Made by a program: the position numbers and the translations under genes | Shown: positions 20,805 to 29,230 of the stretch, in pieces | Position numbering within the stretch: the first letter of the stretch is position 1 | Layout: each line of letters begins with the position of its first letter | NCBI GenBank assembly: GCA_019358935.1 | Contig: JAHHIK010000093.1 | Span: 1-32,577 of the forward strand | Direction of reading: 5' to 3' | Length of the DNA: 32,577 nt | From: Tolypothrix carrinoi HA7290-LM1 | GTDB lineage: Bacteria > Cyanobacteriota > Cyanobacteriia > Cyanobacteriales > Nostocaceae | Notes under the pieces: model-generated | Told to the model about the DNA's origin: nothing | The model's input: only the letters and a program-made list of their open reading frames with translations | Database searches by the model: none

Positions 20805-20894
20805 ACATCGGTCCGTTATGCTATAACATCGGTCCGTTATCTTATAACATCGGTCCGTTATGCTATAACATCGGTCCGTTATGCTATAACATCG
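20805..20894. repeat. 21-bp tandem repeat ACATCGGTCCGTTATGCTATA x4 plus a partial copy
   Basis: Units start at 20805, 20826, 20847 and 20868. Copy 2 has a 2-nt variant. Confidence 0.95.
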
Positions 20895-20905
20895 ACCTGC
20901 AAAAA

Positions 20906-23593
20906 TTAACCTACCTTTTGTTTAACCTTATCTGGCAAAAGTGGTAAATTAACGGTGAAGGTTGCTCCTTGTCCCTCGCCGGGACTTTCAGCGGTGACTG
21001 TTCCGTTATGCATTTCGACAATATGACGGACGATCGCTAATCCAACACCTAATCCGCCAAATTTACGGGTGATACCGCTATCAGCTTGACGAAAGCGATC
21101 GAACACATAAGGCAGAAATTCCTGACTAATTCCTATACCCGTGTCCCTGACTGTAATTTGAGCAAAAAGTGGGGAGTGGGGAGTGGGGGGAGATGGGGGG
21201 GACAAGGGAGACAAGGGAGAGGGGGGGGACAAGGGGGACAAGGGAGAGGGGGGAGACAAGGGAGAAAATTCACCAAGTCCTCCTTGTCCTCCTTGTCCTC
21301 CTTGTCCCCCTTGTCCTCCTTGTCCCCCTTGTCCCCCTTGTCCCCCTTGTCCCCCTGCTCCCCCTGCTCCCCCATTCCCCATTACTGAGAGTGTAATTTC
21401 TATGCGTCCTTTTTTTGGTGTGAACCTGATAGCATTCGAGAGGAGGTTATACACTACTTGCTGCAAGCGGTTGGAGTCACCCAAAACCCGGAATTTGGGA
21501 TGAATTTGAGATGTCAGCTTGGTATCTGTTAAATGCAGATTGTCTGGGTAAATCGGCGTTGCGGCTTGTGTTTCTGGTAATTTTAAAGTGGGTAGATATT
21601 CTGGCTGACGAGAATCATAATTTGCCTGGGTAGGGTTGCGATCATTTTGTAATGAATCTGCACTTTCATTGACTGGCTCAAACTGATAATCTGTATTTTC
21701 ATACATGTAATTGGGAGCGATGCCTATCGGCAAGCTACGCAACGCAAACTCTAAATTAATTGACTTTTCCTCAGCAGACGATCGCACGCTTCTAATTGCA
21801 CCTTCGATTGCGTTTACCAAATTCATCGGGCAAACATTCAAACGCAGTTTACCTTGCAAAATCCGCGATATATCCAGTAAATCTTCTATTAGTTGTTTTT
21901 GCAAGCGAGCATTGCGCTCGATTGTTTCCAACCCTAAATTTTTGGTTTTTTCATCTAAATTGCGGGTTAGAAATATCTGTGTCCAGCCTAAAATTGAGGT
22001 GAGTGGGGTACGCAGTTCGTGAGAAAGAACGGCTAAAAATTGGTCTTTGGCACGATTTGCACTCTCTAATTCCGCTGCTTGTTGCCGAAGTTGATTTTCT
22101 AAGATTTTGCGTTGCGTAGCTTGCCGATAGGCATCGCTTATATCGATAACAAAGCAAATCTCACCTTCAGTACCATCATTTAACCCGGCTCCACCAATTA
22201 GCACCGGAATTCGCGAACCATCTTTACGTATATACTCTTTTTCGTAGGGAGTACAAGTACCCTGTTGACGAATTTCCGCTCTAGCTTGCTCTTCTAAAAA
22301 TTGATATTCTGGTGGTGTTATTTCTGACAACTTCAAGCGACCTGCTTGTAAATCTTCTTGGGTGTAACCAATAATATTAAGATATGCCTGATTCGCTAAT
22401 ATAATTTCGTTATCGCTTGTGCAGAATTTCATCCCAATCATGTTAGACTCAAAGATGCGTCTAAAGTTGGCTTCAGTGCGCTTGCGTTCGCTAATATCTA
22501 GCACTACCCCATTCCAGAAAACAGTTTTATCTGGTTGTTGTTGCGAACGAGCTGTTCCTTGCAACCATTTTATTTTACCGGAAGGTGTGATAATTCGCCA
22601 CTCATGCCGCCATTGTTCTCCTGTGGCAGCATAATCGATCAAAGATTGTCTCAAGTCTTTCAAATCGTGGGGATGAATTAGTTGCCATGCTAAGTGAGGA
22701 TTTTGCCTAATTTTTTCGGAGTCAATTTCATAAAGCTCGCTGCAACCCGAACTAATATAAAGAAACTCACCTATGCCTTGAGGATCTTGACGATATTGAC
22801 AAATTACTCCCGGTACATTCTCCGCTAAACTGGCAAATCGCATTTCTGCTACAATCAAAGCTTCTTCGGTTTGCTTGCGCTCGCTAATATCAGTCAGCAT
22901 GATTAATGAGCCGATAAACTCATTTTGCTGATTTAAGATAGGATTGATTGAGGCGATCGCCCACAAATGTGATTGATCTTGACGTAAAAAGCGAAAATCA
23001 AATTGCTGCTTAATTCCTGGTTGACGCTGTTCGATGTGTATTCTTGCTTCCTTATGAAGCGACTCATCGATAAAATCAAAGATGGAACGCTGCAACATTT
23101 CCTCACGAGTGTAGCCAAACATCTGGGCTAAACTCTGATTTACATATTCTGTTTGCGCTTCGGGGTCAAGAATGCAAATTCCCTCACTCGTAGTATCCAG
23201 AATAAAGTGACAACGTTGTTCGCTGCTAGCGAGCGATCGCATACTCGCCTCAGCTTCTGTCTTATACTTATGTAGTGCCCCGCATAATACACTGATGAGT
23301 GTCCCTTGCAAGGAAAATAAGCTCAACCGTGTAATATTCGACAAATCAAGGTGGAGTGGCTCGGTAGCAAAAACAAAGAAGTAACCGCTAACAACTACAC
23401 ACAAGCAAGTCGCTAGCAATCCTGGAATTATACCACCATACCAAGCACTTACCGTCACTGCCCCAAAAAATAGTACAAGATAGCTGTGGGTCATCGCCAG
23501 CCAAGGATCTAACATCAGTATCACCACTAATGCCAAGACTACAGCTAGAATAGCAATCCCATAAAATTTGATTTGGGAGCGAGTAAGGTACAT
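20906..23593 (-). CDS. Membrane sensor histidine kinase (DUF4118-like TM region-3xPAS-HisKA-HATPase)
   Basis: Four TM helices with SAWYGG, three PAS/PAC segments ending in [26 protein letters not shown] and GLGVGL. Confidence 0.93.
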   Translation of the reverse strand: MYLTRSQIKFYGIAILAVVLALVVILMLDPWLAMTHSYLVLFFGAVTVSAWYGGIIPGLLATCLCVVVSGYFFVFATEPLHLDLSNITRLSLFSLQGTLISVLCGALHKYKTEAEASMRSLASSEQRCHFILDTTSEGICILDPEAQTEYVNQSLAQMFGYTREEMLQRSIFDFIDESLHKEARIHIEQRQPGIKQQFDFRFLRQDQSHLWAIASINPILNQQNEFIGSLIMLTDISERKQTEEALIVAEMRFASLAENVPGVICQYRQDPQGIGEFLYISSGCSELYEIDSEKIRQNPHLAWQLIHPHDLKDLRQSLIDYAATGEQWRHEWRIITPSGKIKWLQGTARSQQQPDKTVFWNGVVLDISERKRTEANFRRIFESNMIGMKFCTSDNEIILANQAYLNIIGYTQEDLQAGRLKLSEITPPEYQFLEEQARAEIRQQGTCTPYEKEYIRKDGSRIPVLIGGAGLNDGTEGEICFVIDISDAYRQATQRKILENQLRQQAAELESANRAKDQFLAVLSHELRTPLTSILGWTQIFLTRNLDEKTKNLGLETIERNARLQKQLIEDLLDISRILQGKLRLNVCPMNLVNAIEGAIRSVRSSAEEKSINLEFALRSLPIGIAPNYMYENTDYQFEPVNESADSLQNDRNPTQANYDSRQPEYLPTLKLPETQAATPIYPDNLHLTDTKLTSQIHPKFRVLGDSNRLQQVVYNLLSNAIRFTPKKGRIEITLSVMGNGGAGGAGGQGGQGGQGGQGGQGGQGGQGGQGGLGEFSPLSPPSPLSPLSPPSPLSPLSPPSPPTPHSPLFAQITVRDTGIGISQEFLPYVFDRFRQADSGITRKFGGLGVGLAIVRHIVEMHNGTVTAESPGEGQGATFTVNLPLLPDKVKQKVG
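21169..21383. repeat. In-frame inverted repeat cassette in the HATPase domain
   Basis: (GGA/GGQ)n-GLGEF-(SPLSPP)n at the same position as in the 5075-7279 kinase. Confidence 0.95.
21722..21742 (+). mobile_element. 21-nt SDR5-like element inserted in a HIP1 site
   Basis: GCGAT[GCCTATCGGCAAGCTACGCAA]CGC. Removing it restores GCGATCGC and keeps the reading frame. Confidence 0.85.
22112..22132 (-). mobile_element. Second, identical 21-nt SDR5-like element in a HIP1 site, opposite orientation
   Basis: GCG[TTGCGTAGCTTGCCGATAGGC]ATCGC converts the PAS-end motif DISDRK to DISDAYRQATQRK. Confidence 0.85.
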
Positions 23594-23714
23594 TGTGCGA
23601 CACTTTCATTAAAAATAATAAATTTTGTTAAATTACATTTACCTTACAATAAGTCAGGCTTTTTATGCATTTATCTATGGTTCAGGTTTTATCGTCCTTC
23701 TATAGGTAGAAGTC

Positions 23715-24012
23715 GGGTAATGGGTAATGGGTAATGGGTAATGGGTAATGGGTAATGGGTAATGGGTAATGGGTAATGGGTAATGGGCATTGGGCATTGG
23801 GCATTGGGCAATGGGCTTTTTGAAGAGGGGAAAAGGGGAAAGGGAAAAGGGGAAAGAATTATTACCAATGCCCACTTGGACGATGCCCACTTGGACGATG
23901 CCCACTTGGACGATGCCCACTTGGACGATGCCCACTTGGACGATGCCCCATGCCCAATGCCCCATGCCCATTGCCCCATGCCCCATGCCCCATGCCCCAT
24001 GCCCCATGCCCC
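23715..24012. repeat. Repeat complex: (GGGTAAT)x10, (GGGCATT)n, GGGAAAA units, 15-mer ATGCCCACTTGGACG x5 (23868-23942), (CCCCATG)n
   Basis: Directly visible. Confidence 0.95.
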
Positions 24013-24349
24013 TAAATCTACTACGCAGATATCCGCAGCGATCATTGTTTTATAATCGCGACTGGTGTCAAGCCGACTGGTAGCATTAGCGAGGAATTCT
24101 AGGCGTTGATAGCTTTGCCGCAATTTATCTTCTGCCTGTCTTTGACTTTCGGCATTAGCACCCGAAGAGGGCTTTTCTGCCACTGTACCGGGCATAATGG
24201 GCGATCGCTACAGATAACGTCGCAAAAACAGCAAGCTCGATATGAGGCTTTATCGGCAATGTCAGTCTGAGGGCTAATGCCACCCCAAAGAGTGCAATGC
24301 TACTATACAATAATTGATTTGGCTTACTTTTAGCATCAAGTTTCTGCAA
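24013..24349 (-). pseudogene. Degenerate remnant of another sensor kinase 5' end (TM helix, coiled coil, start of GAF)
   Basis: YSSIALFGVALALRLTL resembles the N-terminus of the 23593 kinase. A second frame gives QAEDKLRQSYQRLEFLANATSRLDTSRDY...ADICVVDL before running into repeats. Confidence 0.55.
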
Positions 24350-24872
24350 GCGTGAATAATATAATTAATTTTCGCGATTTATCTAATATAGATAGATGGT
24401 ATTTTCTGGCATTTTCCCTCCTCATAAATCACACTTAATATTAGAGAATGTCATCATATTGTTTTTTAAGCATCTTTCTTAGGTTACAAATTCATTAGTT
24501 ACTCACGCACTCGTCGCAGCGGAAGGTGCGTGAGGCAAAAAAATCTTTAACAGCGCCGAAAATAGCCAAGAATAACATCTAAATTCTTATTTTTACCGTA
24601 TTAAAATCCTAGCTTGCGATAGATGTTTTCTAGTTGAAAAAAAGATATTAGATAAATACTGGTTGTTAATCGCTAAAAAGTCTTACTTTGTGATGATTCT
24701 CTAGGTTGATGACAACGAGTTGCTCGCTGCTCTAACCTGTAAAGTCTCAATCTGGTATTACCCGACCTTAGCTTTACTGATTTTATTAAGGTGTAGATTT
24801 TTGCTTACTTAGTCTCAAAATCAGGGTTTTTCATTTTGGCTCAGTATAGAAATTATCTTTGAGGAGATTATT

Positions 24873-26618
24873 ATGTTTAGTTTATTTCGTAGGTCATCAG
24901 CGGCATCGGCTTTTTTCGCTATCAGCATGATAACCGGGATAATTACGCCGATAACAATAAGCGCGATCGCATCAGCTCAGACTACCCCAACGCAAACTCC
25001 AACCGAAACTCCAACGCAAACTCCAACCGAAACTCCAACCGAAACTCCAACTCAAACCCCAGCCCAAACTCAAACAACTACAAGCTTTAGTGATGTATCA
25101 TCTAATTACTGGGCGAGTCCATTTATTCAAGCTTTAGCTCAAAGAAACGTCATCAGCGGCTTTACTGATGGTACATTCAAGCCGGATCAACCTGTTACCC
25201 GCGCTCAATTTGCGGCGATGATTCAAAAGGCTTTCAATCAAACTCCCACGCGACAGTTAAGCCAAGGTGGATTCAGAGATGTTCCCGCTAGCTACTGGGC
25301 AGCTTCGGCAATTCAAGAAGCTTACGAAACCGGATTTATGTCGGGATATCCGAATAATCGGTTTTTGCCAAATCAGCAAATTCCCAAAGTTCAGGCACTG
25401 GTTGCATTGACAAGTGGTTTGGGTTTGAATGCAGGGGACACGACAACAAGTGTCTTGAGTACCTACTACTCAGATGCGGCAGATATTCCAGCTTACGCTG
25501 TCAATAATGTCGGTGCCGCAACTCAAGCTAACTTAGTTGTCAACTATCCAGAACTGAAAGTATTGAATCCCAAGGTGTCTCTAACTCGTGCGGAAGCAGC
25601 AGCACTTTTATATCAAGCTTTAGTTAGACAGGGACAATTACAACCTATTGCTAGCAACCTGCCGGCAGCTAACTATATTGTAGCCGGAAGCGCTAGCGGC
25701 ACTCAAACAAGTACAAGTACAACGACAACCACAACAGACAATACAACCACCACTGCGACCACAACATCTAGCAACATCGTAGCTTTTGCTGGGTCTACTA
25801 GTTCGTTTTCAACTCTGACTACTGCACTCAAAGCAGCAGGTTTAACAGAAACTTTGCAAGGAAAAGGTCCCTATACAGTCTTCGCACCTACTGATGAGGC
25901 ATTTGCAGCTTTACCTCAAGAGACTCTGCAAAGATTGCTAGAACCGCGCAATAAAGAAACGCTAAGACGGATTTTGACATACCACGTCGTCAGCGGTCAA
26001 GTAACCTCGGCGGGAGAAGCAACAACCCTTGCAAACAAACCTGTAAATGTTCAACTCGATAGCGCTAGCAATCAAATTACAGTCAACAATACTAGGGTGA
26101 TCCAGCCGATTCAAACCAGCAACGGTGTGATTTACGCGATTAATGAAGTTCTTATCCCACCCGATGTTAATATCAGTCAGCTAAACAATGAAGTTTCCCC
26201 AGGTACAGCTACTCGTGGTGGTCCGAGCTACGTTGGAGTTGCTGGTAACATTGGTCTTGGGGGTGATTCAGCTTTGAGCGAACCTAACTTTGCGGTAATT
26301 AGCAAACTCGGACTGACACGTAATTTCTCAGTGCGACCTTCTGCGGTGTTTGGCGATGATACAACGATTCTGGTTCCTATCACCTTAGACTTGACACGCA
26401 GAACAGCAGATGCGGCAGGGCAAACATTTGGGATATCTCCTTACGTAGGTGCTGGGGTTGCGATTGAAGCTAGTGACGATGCAGATTTTGGTTTACTGTT
26501 AACTGGTGGTATAGATGTTCCTTTAGGTTCTCGCTTTACCGCAACAGGTGCAGTGAATGCAGCTTTTCTCGATCAAACCGATGTCGGATTGCTGTTTGGA
26601 GTTGGTTTTAACTTTTAA
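24873..26618 (+). CDS. Exported protein: signal peptide, Thr/Pro-rich linker, SLH repeats, fasciclin (FAS1) domain, C-terminal beta-strand-rich domain ending in Phe
   Basis: FSDV..YWA..I, F.P....TRA SLH motifs, YTVFAPTDEAF...ILTYHVV...NGVIYAINEVLIP FAS1 motifs, and a GAGGAG RBS. Confidence 0.9.
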   Translation: MFSLFRRSSAASAFFAISMITGIITPITISAIASAQTTPTQTPTETPTQTPTETPTETPTQTPAQTQTTTSFSDVSSNYWASPFIQALAQRNVISGFTDGTFKPDQPVTRAQFAAMIQKAFNQTPTRQLSQGGFRDVPASYWAASAIQEAYETGFMSGYPNNRFLPNQQIPKVQALVALTSGLGLNAGDTTTSVLSTYYSDAADIPAYAVNNVGAATQANLVVNYPELKVLNPKVSLTRAEAAALLYQALVRQGQLQPIASNLPAANYIVAGSASGTQTSTSTTTTTTDNTTTTATTTSSNIVAFAGSTSSFSTLTTALKAAGLTETLQGKGPYTVFAPTDEAFAALPQETLQRLLEPRNKETLRRILTYHVVSGQVTSAGEATTLANKPVNVQLDSASNQITVNNTRVIQPIQTSNGVIYAINEVLIPPDVNISQLNNEVSPGTATRGGPSYVGVAGNIGLGGDSALSEPNFAVISKLGLTRNFSVRPSAVFGDDTTILVPITLDLTRRTADAAGQTFGISPYVGAGVAIEASDDADFGLLLTGGIDVPLGSRFTATGAVNAAFLDQTDVGLLFGVGFNF

Positions 26619-26622
26619 GAAT

Positions 26623-26913
26623 TGGGCATGGGGCATAGGGCATAGGGCATGGGGCATTGGTAATTGGTAATTGGTAATTGTTAATTGGTAATTCCTCCTT
26701 GTCCACGGACACGTTCCTTAACGGGGGGGAACCCCCGCACGGAAGTGTCCTCCCCTTGTCCACGGACACGTTCCTTAACGGGGGGGAACCCCCGCACGGA
26801 AGTGTCCTCCCCTTGTCCACGGACACGTTCCTTAACGGGGGGGAACCCCCGCACGGAAGTGTCCTCCCCTTGTCCCCCATGCCCGATGCCCATTGCCCAA
26901 TGCCCCATGCCCA
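26623..26913. repeat. Intergenic repeat complex between convergent genes: heptamer arrays flanking three exact 57-bp tandem units (26697-26875)
   Basis: CTTGTCC recurs at 26698, 26755, 26812 and 26869. Confidence 0.95.
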
Positions 26914-27873
26914 TTACCAATTCCACATAATAGAGCTGTCGTCTAAATGGTCGGTGACAATGCGTCCGATCGCATCGATTTCTTGAAGTTCATCTTCAGA
27001 CAGTTTGACGTCAGCAGCTTTGGCATTAGCGATCGCTTGTTCTAAGTGTCGCGCACCGGCGATCGCATTAGCTTGCGGTTGGGCAATTAACCAAGCTAAT
27101 GCTAACTGAGCTAAAGTACAATTGTGGCGATCGGCGATTGGACGCAATTTATCTAAAGCTTGTTGAGCGCGTTGATAATTTTCGCCTTGAAATAGTTTAT
27201 TTTTCGCGCGATTATCTTGGGGGTCAAATTTATGATCTGCCGCAAATTTACCTGTTAATAATCCCTGCGCTAAAGGTGAATAAGCAACGATAGATATATT
27301 GTTTTCTACACAATATGGTACTGCGTCTTTTTCTACTTGTCGCCAGAACAAAGAATAAGGCGGTTGTAAACTATCAATGCGTCCGTAATTGGCGGCTTCT
27401 TGCAATTGAGCGCGGGAGAAGTTGGAAACACCAATGGCGCGAATTTTACCTTGCTCTTTCAGATGATTGAGGGCTTTCATCGTTTCCTCAATCGGCACAT
27501 TTTCGCTATTAAAAGAGCCTGAGGGCCAATGAATTTGGTAAAGGTCAATATAATCTGTTTTCAGATTTTTCAGAGAGCGATCGCAAGCTTCAATTACTAA
27601 ATCATACTTGAGATGGTTGGCAAAAACTTTTGTGGCATATTCGACGCGATCGCGTACATCTGATAAAGCTTCAGCCACAATTTGTTCTGAATGTCCATCA
27701 CCATATACCTCAGCAGTGTCAAATGTGGTAATACCCGCTTCAAACGCTGCTTTTATCGCTTTAATTGAGTCAGCATCCTCAATTCCTACCCACATTTTTT
27801 TCCCCGCTTGCGAAGTTCCCATCAAGATGGGTGTGATTTGCACGTCCGATGTCCCCAAGCGTCGCTTTTCCAT
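26914..27873 (-). CDS. Aldo/keto reductase; likely start MEKRR at 27873
   Basis: FDTAEVYG, ATK, DYIDLYQIHWP, GKIRAIGVSNF and AYSPLAQGLLTGK motifs. Confidence 0.95.
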   Translation of the reverse strand: MEKRRLGTSDVQITPILMGTSQAGKKMWVGIEDADSIKAIKAAFEAGITTFDTAEVYGDGHSEQIVAEALSDVRDRVEYATKVFANHLKYDLVIEACDRSLKNLKTDYIDLYQIHWPSGSFNSENVPIEETMKALNHLKEQGKIRAIGVSNFSRAQLQEAANYGRIDSLQPPYSLFWRQVEKDAVPYCVENNISIVAYSPLAQGLLTGKFAADHKFDPQDNRAKNKLFQGENYQRAQQALDKLRPIADRHNCTLAQLALAWLIAQPQANAIAGARHLEQAIANAKAADVKLSEDELQEIDAIGRIVTDHLDDSSIMWNW

Positions 27874-27975
27874 GTTTAATTCCTGACTGATAAGGCTTTT
27901 TTGATTTGATGCATGTGTTCTCATTTTATCTTCTAATATTAAAGTGAAAAAGCGATTCTATCTACTAAATTATTC

Positions 27976-28075
27976 CTATACAGGAATGAGCGCAAAACAT
28001 AACCAGAGTAGCGAAAATTCATGAATTTTCGCTACGGGAGAATAACGCTTTCAAGTTTTTGTTGCGTAAGTCCTA
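27976..28075. mobile_element. Degenerate MITE-like element with inner palindrome GTAGCGAAAATTCATGAATTTTCGCTAC (28008-28035)
   Basis: Right end TGCGTAAGTCCTA, a decayed left end and a perfect inner palindrome. Confidence 0.6.
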
Positions 28076-28156
28076 CTATAGACTTAGATAAAGCGGTGTA
28101 GCCTTTATCAGTTTCTCACCTGCGAATTTTATTTTGCAGTTGGGGGTGAATAATAT

Positions 28157-28252
28157 TAGGACTTACGCACTCATGTCGTCAAAGCTTGAATTTACGTAGG
28201 GGACAATTCATGAAGAGTCCCCTACAAGACTTTAATGGGTGCGTAAGTCCTA
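28157..28252. mobile_element. MITE-like element with 14-bp TIRs TAGGACTTACGCAC/GTGCGTAAGTCCTA and an inner REP-like hairpin (28196-28225)
   Basis: TIRs are perfect reverse complements. Confidence 0.8.
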
Positions 28253-28639
28253 AATATCTCTAAATACATTTAAATGTTTGCAATTATTTGTTGATGCGAG
28301 AATTTTGCCTGAGTTGCATTTGGAATTAAAGCAAAGCGAAACTAAAATTAAGTTGTACTTGGTAACACAATTATTTTTTCGTTTCTTGATACTTTTAGTA
28401 CTTCTTGAGATATATATTTTGAAAAAAATGTTATTATGTTAATCTGCTAATTTTTCCATAGACAACAGAAATAAATGGAGCTTTGGCAGAATTATAGATT
28501 AAGTTCTCTATCATTTGCGACTGAGTTGATTTTGTATTGTTATAGTGCGATGTTTCTGGAAGGAGCGGCTGCAAGTCTAGGCAAACGAGAGTAAATGTAC
28601 TTGATGTTAGTCTTTCGATTAAAACACTACTAAGTATTT

Positions 28640-29230
28640 ATGCTAAAAACTACAATCCACGCTCTCAAAGAATGGGCAGTTGCCGTCAAAGCCTTAGAAC
28701 AGGGTGAAACGATTATGCTACTACGCAAAGGCGGCATTCACGAACAAGGTGGACGTTTCCGAGTTGCCCATGAGGAGATTTTGCTCTACCCAACTTATGA
28801 ACATCAACAGTCTTTTATGCTGAAAGCTGAGTATGGCAAAGATGTACAGCCGGTGACATCTGGTTGGCATCCAGAAACAGTGGCGATCGGCAGTTGGGCA
28901 GAAATTACTGATATTTTACCAGTTAGTGACGAGTCAATTGTCAAAGCGTTACTGCCATTTCATATATGGAATGAGTATTTTATTAGCGATCGCCTCATAT
29001 GGAAAGCGCGTCAACCACTTTACATTCTGCTGCTGCGGACTTACAAATTACCCAAAGTGCAAGAAATTCCCTATCGTGGAGAATACGGCGGGTGTAAATC
29101 ATGGATTGATTTGGCAGAGATGATTAACTTGCAACCCGCTGAACCTGCATTATCTGACTTTGCCTACAAGCAGCTAGTAACAGAAATTCGCGGCATTGTC
29201 GGTGACAAGTTGTATGCTCCATCTTTTTGA
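28640..29230 (+). CDS. DUF1802-family-like protein
   Basis: ALKEWAVAV.AL..G...LLRKGGIHE, LYPTYEHQ and YGGCKSW motifs. Confidence 0.85.
   Translation: MLKTTIHALKEWAVAVKALEQGETIMLLRKGGIHEQGGRFRVAHEEILLYPTYEHQQSFMLKAEYGKDVQPVTSGWHPETVAIGSWAEITDILPVSDESIVKALLPFHIWNEYFISDRLIWKARQPLYILLLRTYKLPKVQEIPYRGEYGGCKSWIDLAEMINLQPAEPALSDFAYKQLVTEIRGIVGDKLYAPSF

Noticed and set aside
20805..20894. Possible CRISPR mini-array
   Set aside because: The units are contiguous with no unique spacers, and no cas genes are in the window.
5075..23593. Diversity-generating retroelement acting on the kinases
   Set aside because: No reverse transcriptase and no TR/VR pair differing at adenines was seen in the window.
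23675..24083. MGHGAWG/PMPHA/PITHY repeat proteins (also 26608-26986)
   Set aside because: These are translations of heptamer STRR arrays in several frames.
26697..26875. Possible CRISPR array (hairpin repeats)
   Set aside because: All three 57-bp units are identical end to end, with no variable spacers.
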